The translations under genes and the position numbers were made by a program. The notes below the pieces were generated by a model. That model was given only the letters and a program-made list of their open reading frames with translations, had not been told where the DNA came from and searched no databases. A stretch of 64,000 nucleotides of DNA, from positions 318 to 64,317 of the forward strand of contig CAXTKM010000001.1 of assembly GCA_964244795.1 (NCBI GenBank). Reading direction: 5' to 3'. This DNA is from an uncultured Enterovirga sp. (GTDB lineage: Bacteria; Pseudomonadota; Alphaproteobacteria; Rhizobiales; Beijerinckiaceae). Shown here one piece after another: positions 27,318 through 36,680 of this stretch (positions within the stretch are counted from its first letter, which is position 1; each line of letters starts with the position of its first letter).

Positions 27318-29285
27318 TCAAACCTGCCGGGCGACGGTGTGCGCCTCGACGAGCGCGACCGGCAGCCGCCGGGGCGCATAGGCGTCTCCCACCAGGAAGG
27401 TCCGGTCGTAGCCGGCAGCCTTCAGGTCGGCGTGCAGCGCGCTCCGCGACCGCTGACGGCCGGTCCAGATCACGGCGCTCGTCCGGGGCAGGGCGATCTC
27501 CCGGCCGGTGAGGTAGTGCCTGAGGATCGCGGCGCCGCCTTCGACCCGGTCGACGAACATCGACGTGCGGAGCTCCGCGCCGGCCGTGTCGAGGACCCGG
27601 AGCGACGCGCTTCGCGAGACCATGGGCAGCTCGCGAAAGTGTTCGAAGAACCGCGTCGCGACGGTGAAGGCCAGACCATAGCCGGCCGCGAGCGCGGCCG
27701 CGGCCTCGGCGATGGCCGAACCCCAGAAATAGCCGTCCTCGTCCATCAGGACGAGGTTGCGGCCGAGCGACGGGACGCGCTTCAGGTCGTCCGGACCGGT
27801 CGCGACGACGACCGGAACGGAACCGTCGCCGGGCAGCGTCGGAGCCAGCGCCTCAGCACCTGCCGCGACGATGATCGCATAGGGATCGTCCTCCTGGATC
27901 CGCGCGACCGTCGCCTCCTGGCCGAGCCGGACCTCGACGCCCTGCCGCGAGACCTCCTGGACGAGGAAGTCGATCACGTGGCGCTGTTCGGCGTTGTTCG
28001 GCAGCCAATGGGACCAGGCCACCTTGCCGCCCAGGACGTGCGACCTCTCGTACATCGTCACGCGATGTCCGCGCTCGGCGGCGATCCGGGCCGCCTCGAG
28101 ACCCGCCGGCCCACCTCCGACCACGACGATTCTGGTCGAGGGCGCCGGGGCATGTCGCCGGAAGGCGTGCTCCCGTCCCGCCAGGGGGTTCGTCGCGCAG
28201 CCGATCGGTTCGCCCGAGGAGATCCAGTCCCAGCACTGGTTGCAGGCGATGCAGCGCCGGATCTCGCGTGCCCGCCCCGACTGCGCCTTGTTCGGCCATT
28301 CCGGGTCGACGATGAGCGCGCGGCAGAGCCCGACCATGTCGCCGTCGCCGGACGCGACGATGTCCTCCGCCTGGTTCGGCGTCTGGATGCGGGTGCTCTG
28401 CACCACGACGGCGTCGCCCACGGCCTCCTTGATGCGGCGTTGGATGTCCCGATAGCTCTCCTGCGGCCAGTGGCGATCGGGAAGATGGGTCTCGATCGTG
28501 TTGAAGTTGCCCTGGCTCAGGGAGATGTAGTCGACCAATCCCTCCGAGACGAAAGCTCGCGCGATACCGCAGGCATCGTCGATCATGATGCCGCCAGGCG
28601 TGAACTCCTCCACGCCCATCCGGTAGCCGACGACCGAGCCCGGACCGAGGCGCCTTCGCACCAGATGGAGGATCTCGCGCGGGAAGCGCAGACGGTTCTC
28701 GAGGGAGCCGCCATATCGGTCGGTCCGCGTGTTCGAGAACGGCGACACGAACTGCCCGATCAGGTGCCCCTGAGCGCCATGGATCTCGACGCCGTCGGCA
28801 TCCGCGTCGCGTGCATTGACGGCCGCGCTCGCGAACCACTCCACCATCTCCTCGACCTCGGTGGTCGTGAGGGCGTGAGGCGTTCCACCGCTGCGCGGGC
28901 AGGCGATCTCGGACGGCGCGAGGAGCGTGCCGACGCGGCGGCCGAGATGCTGGCGCCCGCCATGGTTGAGCTGAACGACGAACAGGGATCCGGCCTCGTG
29001 CAGCGCGTCCGAGATCCTGCGGAGCCCCGGGATGACGCCCCGGTCGAACAGCGGGATCGCGTTCGGCACCACGGCTTCCAGCGGGTGCAGCCGGACCGCC
29101 TCGCTCACGATGGTGCCGGCACCGCCCTCAGCGACCGTCCTGTAGAAGGCCAGCATCCGCCCGCGCACACGGTGACGTTCGGCGAGGTTCGACGTGGTCG
29201 CCACCCGCATGACGCGATTCTTGGCGACCTTCGGCCCCAGTCGGATTGGGGAGAAAAGGTGCGGATAGGTTTCAGCGTACGCCAC
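27318..29285 (-). CDS. NADH:flavin oxidoreductase (OYE barrel + 4Fe-4S + FAD domain; 2,4-dienoyl-CoA reductase/TMADH-like)
   Basis: YPHLFSPI, QLNHGGRQ, NTRTDRYGGSLENR, CIACNQC, VVGGGPAGLEAA; GTG start inferred. Confidence 0.9.
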   Translation of the reverse strand: MAYAETYPHLFSPIRLGPKVAKNRVMRVATTSNLAERHRVRGRMLAFYRTVAEGGAGTIVSEAVRLHPLEAVVPNAIPLFDRGVIPGLRRISDALHEAGSLFVVQLNHGGRQHLGRRVGTLLAPSEIACPRSGGTPHALTTTEVEEMVEWFASAAVNARDADADGVEIHGAQGHLIGQFVSPFSNTRTDRYGGSLENRLRFPREILHLVRRRLGPGSVVGYRMGVEEFTPGGIMIDDACGIARAFVSEGLVDYISLSQGNFNTIETHLPDRHWPQESYRDIQRRIKEAVGDAVVVQSTRIQTPNQAEDIVASGDGDMVGLCRALIVDPEWPNKAQSGRAREIRRCIACNQCWDWISSGEPIGCATNPLAGREHAFRRHAPAPSTRIVVVGGGPAGLEAARIAAERGHRVTMYERSHVLGGKVAWSHWLPNNAEQRHVIDFLVQEVSRQGVEVRLGQEATVARIQEDDPYAIIVAAGAEALAPTLPGDGSVPVVVATGPDDLKRVPSLGRNLVLMDEDGYFWGSAIAEAAAALAAGYGLAFTVATRFFEHFRELPMVSRSASLRVLDTAGAELRTSMFVDRVEGGAAILRHYLTGREIALPRTSAVIWTGRQRSRSALHADLKAAGYDRTFLVGDAYAPRRLPVALVEAHTVARQV

Positions 29286-29296
29286 ACCTGCCTCCG

Positions 29297-29311
29297 GCAA
29301 TGCGCGTGCCA
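29297..29311 (-). promoter_or_regulatory. sigma54 -24/-12 promoter for the leftward operon
   Basis: Minus strand TGGCAC-GCGCA-TTGC, an exact consensus match. Confidence 0.8.
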
Positions 29312-29375
29312 TTCCGAAATCCGCCTAAGCCATTGACTTTGCGAAAGGTTGACGCCCGTGCGTGCAGCCGTGCTA

Positions 29376-29410
29376 CGTTTCACTGCAGCACGTGAAACGG
29401 CTTTGAAACG
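29376..29410. promoter_or_regulatory. PrpR-type upstream activator site
   Basis: CGTTTCA-N10-TGAAACG inverted repeat plus a further TGAAACG at 29404-29410. Confidence 0.65.
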
Positions 29411-29419
29411 CAGAGGAAG

Positions 29420-31378
29420 ATGCTCGTGAAAGCGGCGAGGACCGAGGCGGACGGACGGATCAGGCTCTGCTTCCTCAGCTACCGCCATCTGAGCCGGCTC
29501 GCCCACTCCGTCATCGAGGAATACGAGGATCGCGCCGACATCGAGGTGATCGACGAGTCCTTCGAGGCGGCCCTGGCCATCGCCCGCGCCCGTGAACGCA
29601 GCGGCAGCATCGACGCCTTCGTCAGCGCCGGAGCCAATGCCAGTTTCCTGCGCGGTTCGCTCGCGACGCCGGTCGCGGTGATCAAGGTGACCGGCTACGA
29701 CACCATGCTGGCCATGCTGAAAGCGCGCGAGATCACGAAGCGCGTCGGCGTCGTCAGCTACCGCGAGACGGTTCCGGAGCTCGATCAGATCCGGGACCTG
29801 TTGCGCATCGAGGTCGCCCAGAAGGCCTATCGCACTCCGGCCGAGGCCCAGGAAGCCGTGCGCGAGCTCGCGGCACGTGGCTACCCCGTGGTGATCGGAT
29901 CCAGCGTCATTTGCGAGAGCGCCGAGAAGGAAGGGCTGGCCTCCATCCTGTCGTACTCCCTGTCGTCCGTCCGCCAGGGCATCGACGACGCGCTCGAGCT
30001 CGGGCGGGTGGCCCGCCGCGAATCGGCGCGGTACGCGCAGTTGGACGGCGTCCTGCAGAGCCTCGACGAAGCGGTGCTGGCGGTGGACCGCCGCCACCAT
30101 ATCGTCGCCCTGAACACCCCGATGGAGCGCATCCTCGGCGAGAGCCGGACGGAGTTGCTCGGCCAGCCCCTCGACCGGTTCGATCCGGAATTGTCGCTCA
30201 TCGACAGCCTGGAAAGGGGAGAGACCGAACGCGGCCGGGTGATCAGGGTCGCCCGCCGCGACTGGGTGCTGGGGCGAACCGCCATCCGGGAGCGCGGCCA
30301 GATCGCGGGAGCCGTGCTGATTCTCCACGATGCGCGCTCCATCCGCGAGGCGGATACGAGCCTCCGCTCGCAGAGGCGGCGGGAAAAATCTCCGGCGGCC
30401 CGGTACAGCTTCAAGGACCTGCGGGGCCGTTCGCCCGCGCTGGAGCGCGCGCGGCAGACCGCCGGGCGCTTCGCCGCGACCGACATCACCGTTCTCCTGT
30501 CGGGCGAGAGCGGGACCGGAAAAGAGCTCTTTGCCCAGGCGATCCACAGCGCGAGCAAGCGGGTGGACAGGCCCTTCGTGGCCGTCAACTGCTCCGCTTT
30601 TCCTGAAACGCTCCTGGAAAGCGAGCTCTTCGGCTACGAGGAAGGTGCGTTCTCCGGCTCGCGCCGTGGCGGGAAGCCGGGGCTGTTCGAAGTCGCCCAT
30701 ACCGGAACGCTGTTCCTGGACGAGATCGGCGACATGGCGCTGCCCCTCCAGACCCGGCTTCTTCGAGCCTTGCAGGAACGCGAGATCGTCAGGCTCGGAG
30801 GGGTAGCCCCGATCCCCGTGGACGTGCGCATCATCGCGGCCACGCATCAGCCGCTCGATCTCCTCATCCAGGAGCGCCGATTTCGCCAGGACCTCTATTA
30901 CCGGATCAACATTCTCCGGCTGCATATTCCGCCGTTGCGGGAGAGGGCGGAAGACATCGAGGAGCTCGCAGAGGCCTTCCTGACCCGGTGCCTGCGGCGG
31001 CTCGGCGCGGACATCGACCGGGCGCAGTTCATGGCCCTCGTGCCTCGGTTCACGGCGTATGGCTGGCCCGGCAACGTCCGGGAACTCGAGAACCTATGCG
31101 AGCGCCTCGCCGTGCTGCTCGCGGGGCGCGGAGACGCGTCGGTTCTCCCCCTCGACGCGCTCGCGCAGGATTGCCCCGAGCTCTTCGACGCGCACTCTCC
31201 CGGAACGCCGCGGGTGGTTGCCGCGGACTGGCGGGACCGGCTCGATCGAACGCTGGCCGAGACGGGCGGGCACCGGCAGGAAACCGCGCGCCGCCTCGGG
31301 ATCAGCCGCGCGACCCTCTGGCGCCACATGCAGGCGTTGGGCTCGGACGCATCGGCTGAAGCGTTTCATGAGACATGA
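29420..31378 (+). CDS. prpR: PrpR-like sigma54-dependent transcriptional activator
   Basis: PrpR_N-like sensor (DAFVSAGAN), PAS domain, [33 protein letters not shown], Fis-type HTH. Confidence 0.9.
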   Translation: MLVKAARTEADGRIRLCFLSYRHLSRLAHSVIEEYEDRADIEVIDESFEAALAIARARERSGSIDAFVSAGANASFLRGSLATPVAVIKVTGYDTMLAMLKAREITKRVGVVSYRETVPELDQIRDLLRIEVAQKAYRTPAEAQEAVRELAARGYPVVIGSSVICESAEKEGLASILSYSLSSVRQGIDDALELGRVARRESARYAQLDGVLQSLDEAVLAVDRRHHIVALNTPMERILGESRTELLGQPLDRFDPELSLIDSLERGETERGRVIRVARRDWVLGRTAIRERGQIAGAVLILHDARSIREADTSLRSQRRREKSPAARYSFKDLRGRSPALERARQTAGRFAATDITVLLSGESGTGKELFAQAIHSASKRVDRPFVAVNCSAFPETLLESELFGYEEGAFSGSRRGGKPGLFEVAHTGTLFLDEIGDMALPLQTRLLRALQEREIVRLGGVAPIPVDVRIIAATHQPLDLLIQERRFRQDLYYRINILRLHIPPLRERAEDIEELAEAFLTRCLRRLGADIDRAQFMALVPRFTAYGWPGNVRELENLCERLAVLLAGRGDASVLPLDALAQDCPELFDAHSPGTPRVVAADWRDRLDRTLAETGGHRQETARRLGISRATLWRHMQALGSDASAEAFHET

Positions 31379-31398
31379 GGCCGTCGCTTGATGAAACG
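31362..31398. promoter_or_regulatory. PrpR-type upstream activator site overlapping the 3' end of prpR
   Basis: CGTTTCATGAGACA at 31362-75 and ATGAAACG at 31391-98. Confidence 0.65.
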
Positions 31399-31483
31399 CG
31401 TGCAGGCCTGGGTCGAATGCGGCGGATGCAGGTGTCGCTAGGATCGTCAGCGACTTAGCCCGGGATCTCGCCTGTCGGGGGCG

Positions 31484-31498
31484 TGGCACGGTGATTGC
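31484..31498 (+). promoter_or_regulatory. sigma54 -24/-12 promoter for the tct operon
   Basis: TGGCAC-GGTGA-TTGC, an exact consensus match, 60 nt before tctB. Confidence 0.85.
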
Positions 31499-31557
31499 GC
31501 GTCTTCGGCTCGCGGAAGACCTGTCCGGAACGGGCCCGCTCCGAGCGGGGAGGATCG

Positions 31558-32010
31558 GTGAGGCAGCTCGACTTCGTGTTCAACGCCGTCTGGCTGCTCG
31601 TCGGCGTCGCGGTGTGCGCGACGTCGTTCGGCCTCGGCGTTCTCGGCCCGTCCGGCCCCGATTCCGGCTTCTTCCCGCTCCTGTCCGGCTTCGCGATCGC
31701 CGGCGGGGCGGCGGTGCTGCTCGCATCGCGCGCCCACGCGGCGGCGGAGTTCGATCCCTTCTTTCCCGAACAGACCTCGGCCCAGCGCGTCCTGTTCGTC
31801 CTCGCGACCATGGTCGCGATGGTGGCGTCTCTGCCCTGGATCGGGTTCAACCTGGCCGGAATCCTCGGGATGCCGCTTCTCGTCAGGATCGTCGGGCGCC
31901 CGAGCTGGGTCTTCTCGATCGTGTTCGGGCTGATCGCCACGCTCGCCGTCTTCTTCGTGTTCGGCAGGTGGCTCGGGATGTCGCTCCCGCGCGGACCGTT
32001 GGGGTTCTAG
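31558..32010 (+). CDS. tctB: tripartite tricarboxylate transporter small subunit TctB
   Basis: GPDSGFFP, four TM helices, LGMSLPRG ending; GGAGG RBS and GTG start. Confidence 0.88.
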   Translation: MRQLDFVFNAVWLLVGVAVCATSFGLGVLGPSGPDSGFFPLLSGFAIAGGAAVLLASRAHAAAEFDPFFPEQTSAQRVLFVLATMVAMVASLPWIGFNLAGILGMPLLVRIVGRPSWVFSIVFGLIATLAVFFVFGRWLGMSLPRGPLGF

Positions 32011-32012
32011 GG

Positions 32013-33509
32013 TTGGACGCGATTTCCGGCCTCGCTCATGGCTTTTCGCAAGTCCTCACCGCCAGCAACCTGTATTATTGCTTCCTCGGGAGCGTCGTCG
32101 GAACGCTCATCGGGGTTCTACCGGGCATAGGCCCTCTCGCGGCCATGTCGCTCCTCCTGCCGGCGACCGCGGCCCTGACACCGGTTGCCGCCATGTCCAT
32201 GCTGGCCGCCCTGTTCTACGGCGCGATGTATGGCGGTTCGACCACCTCCATCCTGGTCCGGATTCCCGGCGAGGCGGCATCCGTCGTGACCTGCATCGAC
32301 GGCTACGAGATGGCGAAGCGCGGCCGGGCCGGAGCGGCGCTCGGCATCGCGGCCATCGGCTCGTTCATCGCCGGAACGCTGAGCCTCATCCTCCTGACCT
32401 TCTTCTCGCCGATGCTGAGCGACGTGGCGCTGCGCTTCGGGCCGCCCGAAAACGCGGCCCTGATGATGCTCGGCCTCGCCTGCACGGTCCTGCTCGTCCA
32501 AGGCTCGGCCATCAAGGGCCTCATCATGATCGGGCTCGGGACGTTCCTGGCCTCGATCGGAATGGACAACGTCACCGGAACGGAGCGCTTCACGCTCGGG
32601 ACCGTGAACCTCACGGGCGGCATCGACCTTCTGGCGCTCGTGATCGGGCTCTTCGGCATCTCGGAGATCCTCGAGAACGTCGAGACCCGGATCCGGTCCC
32701 AGGTCGTGAACACGAAGATCGGCAGCCTCCTGCCGTCCTTGGACGAGTGGCGCCGCTCGACCGTGCCCATCCTTCGCGGAAGCGGGCTCGGCTTCGTGCT
32801 CGGCCTCGTGCCTGGCGGCGGTCCCGTCACGGCGGCCTTCATGTCCTACGCCCTCGAGAAGCGGCTCTCGCCTCATCCCGAGCGCTTCGGCAAGGGCGAG
32901 ATCGCGGGTGTCGCCGGGCCGGAATCCGCGAACAACGCGGCAGTGGCTGCCGGCATGATCCCGCTCATGTCGCTCGGGTTGCCCGGAAACGCCGTGACCG
33001 CGCTGCTGATGGGAGCCATGGTCATCCAGGGCGTTCAGCCGGGCCCGATGTTCATCTTGGAAAAACCCGACATCTTCTGGGGTGTCGTTGCCAGCATGTA
33101 CGTGGGCAACGTCTTCCTGCTCATTCTCAACCTGCCGCTGATCGGGCTCTGGATACAGCTTCTGCGGGTGCCGTATCACGTGCTGTTCCCGCTCATCCTG
33201 CTGTTCTCGATCGTGGGCGCCTATTCGGCAAACAAGAACGTCTTCGATCTCTGGGTGATGCTCGGGCTCGGCGTGCTCGGCTACGTGCTTCGCAAGCTGC
33301 GCTACGAGATGGCGCCCCTCGTCCTCGCCTTCGTGCTCGCCCCGATGCTGGAGCAGGCGATCCGCCAATCGATGGCCATGTCGCCGGAGGGCGCATCCAT
33401 CTTCGTGACCCGGCCATTGTCGCTCGGGCTGTTCGGGCTGGTGGCCGCACTCATCGGCTACGTCCTGTTCAGCCGAAGACGAGTTCGCTTCCAGGGAGGG
33501 GAAACATGA
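32013..33509 (+). CDS. tctA: tripartite tricarboxylate transporter permease TctA
   Basis: GVLPGIG, YGGSTTSIL.RIPG, DGYEMA, GPESANNA, QPGP. Confidence 0.95.
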   Translation: MDAISGLAHGFSQVLTASNLYYCFLGSVVGTLIGVLPGIGPLAAMSLLLPATAALTPVAAMSMLAALFYGAMYGGSTTSILVRIPGEAASVVTCIDGYEMAKRGRAGAALGIAAIGSFIAGTLSLILLTFFSPMLSDVALRFGPPENAALMMLGLACTVLLVQGSAIKGLIMIGLGTFLASIGMDNVTGTERFTLGTVNLTGGIDLLALVIGLFGISEILENVETRIRSQVVNTKIGSLLPSLDEWRRSTVPILRGSGLGFVLGLVPGGGPVTAAFMSYALEKRLSPHPERFGKGEIAGVAGPESANNAAVAAGMIPLMSLGLPGNAVTALLMGAMVIQGVQPGPMFILEKPDIFWGVVASMYVGNVFLLILNLPLIGLWIQLLRVPYHVLFPLILLFSIVGAYSANKNVFDLWVMLGLGVLGYVLRKLRYEMAPLVLAFVLAPMLEQAIRQSMAMSPEGASIFVTRPLSLGLFGLVAALIGYVLFSRRRVRFQGGET

Positions 33510-34519
33510 CGATCTTCCGCAACGCCGCCGTTGCGCTCGGGCTGCTCGTCGCCGCAGCCGGGCCCGCTTTCGCTCAATCCGCCGATCCCAAGGTCGAGAT
33601 CGCCGCGGCGAAGCCGAAGGATTTCCCGACGCAGCCGATCGAGCTCACCGTCGTCTACCCGGCGGGAGGCGGCATGGACATCAATGCCCGGCAGGTCGCC
33701 CGCTTCATGGAGAAGTGGAGCGGCGATCGGATCATCGTCAACAACCGGACGGGCGGGGCTGGCCTGATCGGACATTCATGGCTCGCCACGCAGGCTCCGA
33801 AGGACGGCTACAGCGTCGGCATCATCGCGAGCCTGATCTTCTCGGATGCGATGCTCCGGGCGAACAACCGCTGGAGCCACACGGACCTTGATCCCGTGGC
33901 GTTCCTCAACGACGAGGGACTCAACCTCGTCGTGAACGCCGACGGCCCCTACAGGGACAAGAGCTTCAAGGAGCTGCTGGCGGCCGCCAAGGCGAAGCCC
34001 GGCACGCTCCGGTTCGGCACCGTGCCGGGCTCCATGTACGACTACATGATCGACCAGCTCGAAAGCGAAAGCGGCGCCAAATTCCTCCGGGTGCCCTTCC
34101 AGGGTGGTGCCCCCGGGATCGCGGCGCTCCTCGGGAACAACATCGATATCGGGATCGGGGGCGAGGTCACCAGCTATCTCGCCGCGAAGAAGCTGCAGCC
34201 CGTCGCCGTGTCCAGCATGGGCCGCAGCCCGTTCCTGCCCGAGACGCCGACCCTCGGCGAGACCTTGGGCAACAAGGACGTCGTCTGGATGGCGACCCGC
34301 TGGGCCGCCGTGCCGAAGGGTGTACCCGCGGACCGCAAGGCCTACCTCACGGCCGTCCTGAACGCGGCGGCCTCGGATCCGGAGCTCCAGGCCGAATTCA
34401 AGAAGCTCGGCTCCGTTCCGGACCCGACCGTGAACACACCCGAGAAGCTCGTGGAGCGGATCAGCCGGTTGGCGGAGCTCGAGCGCGCGTTCTACGTCAA
34501 GACCGGCCGGCTGAAGTAG
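33506..34519 (+). CDS. tctC: tripartite tricarboxylate transporter substrate-binding protein TctC/Bug
   Basis: Signal peptide; FPTQPIELTVVYPAGGGMD, NRTGGAG, PKDGY, VPFQGG. Confidence 0.92.
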   Translation: MTIFRNAAVALGLLVAAAGPAFAQSADPKVEIAAAKPKDFPTQPIELTVVYPAGGGMDINARQVARFMEKWSGDRIIVNNRTGGAGLIGHSWLATQAPKDGYSVGIIASLIFSDAMLRANNRWSHTDLDPVAFLNDEGLNLVVNADGPYRDKSFKELLAAAKAKPGTLRFGTVPGSMYDYMIDQLESESGAKFLRVPFQGGAPGIAALLGNNIDIGIGGEVTSYLAAKKLQPVAVSSMGRSPFLPETPTLGETLGNKDVVWMATRWAAVPKGVPADRKAYLTAVLNAAASDPELQAEFKKLGSVPDPTVNTPEKLVERISRLAELERAFYVKTGRLK

Positions 34520-34533
34520 GCGGGAGCACCCAG

Positions 34534-35286
34534 ATGGCTGACGTTCTCGGGTGGCGCTGCACATTCGGCGTCGTGACGCCGTCCACGAACACGGTGGTGC
34601 AGCCCGAATACGACGACCTGCGCCCGGCCGGCGTGACGAACCACGTCGCCCGCATGCACATTCCGGACGACCCGGTTCGAAGCGACGGCGATTTCGACGA
34701 GCTGATCCGGCGGATCGACGGCGCTCTCGAGGCGGCGGTGGAACGGGTGATGACCGCGAAGCCCGACCACATCGTTCTCGGCATCTCGGCCGAGAGCGTC
34801 TGGGGCGGCGGGCTCGCGACCGCGGGCGCCATCAAGGACAGGGTCGACCGGCTGACCGGCGGCCTCCCGTTCACGCAGGCGGCCGATGCGCTGCCGGCCG
34901 CTCTCAGGGCTTTCGGGGTCCGCGGGCCGATCGGAATCGTGACACCCTATTTTCCGGTCGCCGAGAAGCACCTCCTCCGCTTCGCCGCGGAGACTGGGTT
35001 CGAGGTCGCGGCCATGAGGCATCTCGCCCGGCCGAGCCCGGTCGAGATCGCCCGCACGCCGATCGCGATGCTGCGCGACGCGCTCGTCGAGGTGAACAGG
35101 CCGGAGGTCGAGGCGATCATCCAGTTCGGCGCGAACCTTCCGATGGGCCGGCTCGCCGCTGCCGCCGAGCTATGGCTCGGCAAGCCCGTGATCGCCGTCA
35201 ATGTCGCCACGTACTGGCACGCCCTTCGAAGCCGCGGGATCCAGGACCGCATCGAAGGCTATGGCCGCCTCATGCTGGAGCACTGA
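34534..35286 (+). CDS. Asp/Glu racemase-fold protein (maleate cis-trans isomerase / arylmalonate decarboxylase family)
   Basis: GVVTPSTNTVVQPE, IVTPY, ANLP, LGKPVIAVN.A..WHALR, GYGRL. Confidence 0.85.
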   Translation: MADVLGWRCTFGVVTPSTNTVVQPEYDDLRPAGVTNHVARMHIPDDPVRSDGDFDELIRRIDGALEAAVERVMTAKPDHIVLGISAESVWGGGLATAGAIKDRVDRLTGGLPFTQAADALPAALRAFGVRGPIGIVTPYFPVAEKHLLRFAAETGFEVAAMRHLARPSPVEIARTPIAMLRDALVEVNRPEVEAIIQFGANLPMGRLAAAAELWLGKPVIAVNVATYWHALRSRGIQDRIEGYGRLMLEH

Positions 35287-35289
35287 GCG

Positions 35290-35760
35290 ATGAGCGCGGA
35301 GAACCGGTTGCGGGAGCTGGGGATCGAGCTCCCGCCTCCCTTCAGGGACGAGGCGAACCGGGTTCGGGCGCTACGATCCGGCGCCCATGTCTACATGAGC
35401 GGCCACGGCCCGCTCGGGCCGGGCAACGTGCCGTTCGTGACGGGCAAGCTCGGGCGCGAGCTGACGATCGCCCAAGGCCGCGAGGCGGCGCGCCTCGCCG
35501 GGCTCTGCTGCCTGTCGACCCTGCGGACCTATCTCGGCACCCTCGACACGGTCACGCGCGTCGTGCGGGTCGTCGGCTTCCTGAACTGCGCGCCGGGCTT
35601 CAACACGCCGTCGGACGTGCTTCACGGCTTCTCGGACCTGATGGTCGAGATCTTCGGCGAGAACGGCCGCCACGTCCGGTCCGCCATCGGCGTGGCCGAG
35701 CTCTACGCAGACATCCCGATCGAGGTGGAAGCCTTGTTCGAGGTGGCCGATCACACGTGA
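35290..35760 (+). CDS. RidA/YjgF family protein
   Basis: RLRELGIELP, YMSGHGP, GKLG, GFSDL...FGE.GRHVRSAIGVAEL...PIEVE. Confidence 0.9.
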   Translation: MSAENRLRELGIELPPPFRDEANRVRALRSGAHVYMSGHGPLGPGNVPFVTGKLGRELTIAQGREAARLAGLCCLSTLRTYLGTLDTVTRVVRVVGFLNCAPGFNTPSDVLHGFSDLMVEIFGENGRHVRSAIGVAELYADIPIEVEALFEVADHT

Positions 35761-35783
35761 CACGGATCAGGGAGGACAAGACT

Positions 35784-36668
35784 ATGACCGCACCCGATAC
35801 CTTCGCCCAGCGGCTGAAGAGCGGGACGATGATCGTCGCGCCTGGCGCATACGACTGCATCACGGCCCGGATGATCGCCCAGGCCGGCTTCGACGCCGTC
35901 TACATGACAGGGGCGGGAACGGCCGCGACGCTTGGCTTTCCCGATTACGGCCTCGTCAGCATGAACGAGATGACCGACAACGCGGGCCGGATCGCGGATG
36001 CCGTCGGCGGGGTTCCGGTGATCGCCGATGCCGACACGGCGTTCGGGAACGAGCTCAACGCGACCCGCACGGTGCGCGAATACGAGAAGAAGGGCGTCGC
36101 CGGCATCCATATCGAGGATCAGGACTTTCCGAAGCGGTGCGGCCACCTCGACAACAAGGTGATCATCCCGCTCGACGACTACGTCGCCAAGATCAGGGCG
36201 GCGGTCGCGGCCAAGCGCAACCCGAACTTCACGATCATCGCGCGGACCGATTCCCGCGCCGGGATGGGTCTCGAAGAGGCCGTTCGGCGCTGCAACGCGG
36301 CGCTGGATGCGGGCGCCGGGATGGCGTTCCTCGAGGCGCCGCAATCGCTGGACGAGATCGCCGCCGTGCCGAAGCTCGTGCGCGGTCCTTGCCTCCTGAA
36401 CCTCGCCTGGGCCGGAAAGACGCCGCAGGTCGACCTCGCCGAGGCGGACAGGATGGGCTACCGCCTCGCGATCCTCCCGGGCGTGCTGATGGCGGCGGTG
36501 ATCAGCCGGTGCGACGAGGTCCTGGCCGAGCTTCGCGACACGAACCGCCATCCTGGGCTGGACGCCCGGATGTCGCCCGGCGAGATGTTCCGGCGCATGG
36601 GTTCGGCGGAGTGGGATCCCCTGCGCGATCGGTTCCGCACGCCATCGTCCCGCATCGCGGCCGAATAG
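35784..36668 (+). CDS. isocitrate lyase/PEP mutase superfamily C-C lyase (2-methylisocitrate / 2,3-dimethylmalate lyase-like)
   Basis: APGAYD, GFPDYG, IADADT, HIEDQ.FPKRCGH, IARTD. Confidence 0.9.
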   Translation: MTAPDTFAQRLKSGTMIVAPGAYDCITARMIAQAGFDAVYMTGAGTAATLGFPDYGLVSMNEMTDNAGRIADAVGGVPVIADADTAFGNELNATRTVREYEKKGVAGIHIEDQDFPKRCGHLDNKVIIPLDDYVAKIRAAVAAKRNPNFTIIARTDSRAGMGLEEAVRRCNAALDAGAGMAFLEAPQSLDEIAAVPKLVRGPCLLNLAWAGKTPQVDLAEADRMGYRLAILPGVLMAAVISRCDEVLAELRDTNRHPGLDARMSPGEMFRRMGSAEWDPLRDRFRTPSSRIAAE

Positions 36669-36680
36669 GGAGGATGCCGG

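Noticed and set aside
26925-29336. 803-aa plus-strand ORF
   Set aside because: It is an antisense shadow of the flavoenzyme and GlcG genes, with no domain motifs.
35784-36668. Call as prpB of a methylcitrate cycle
   Set aside because: No prpC, prpD or acnD is present, and the family motifs do not fix the substrate.
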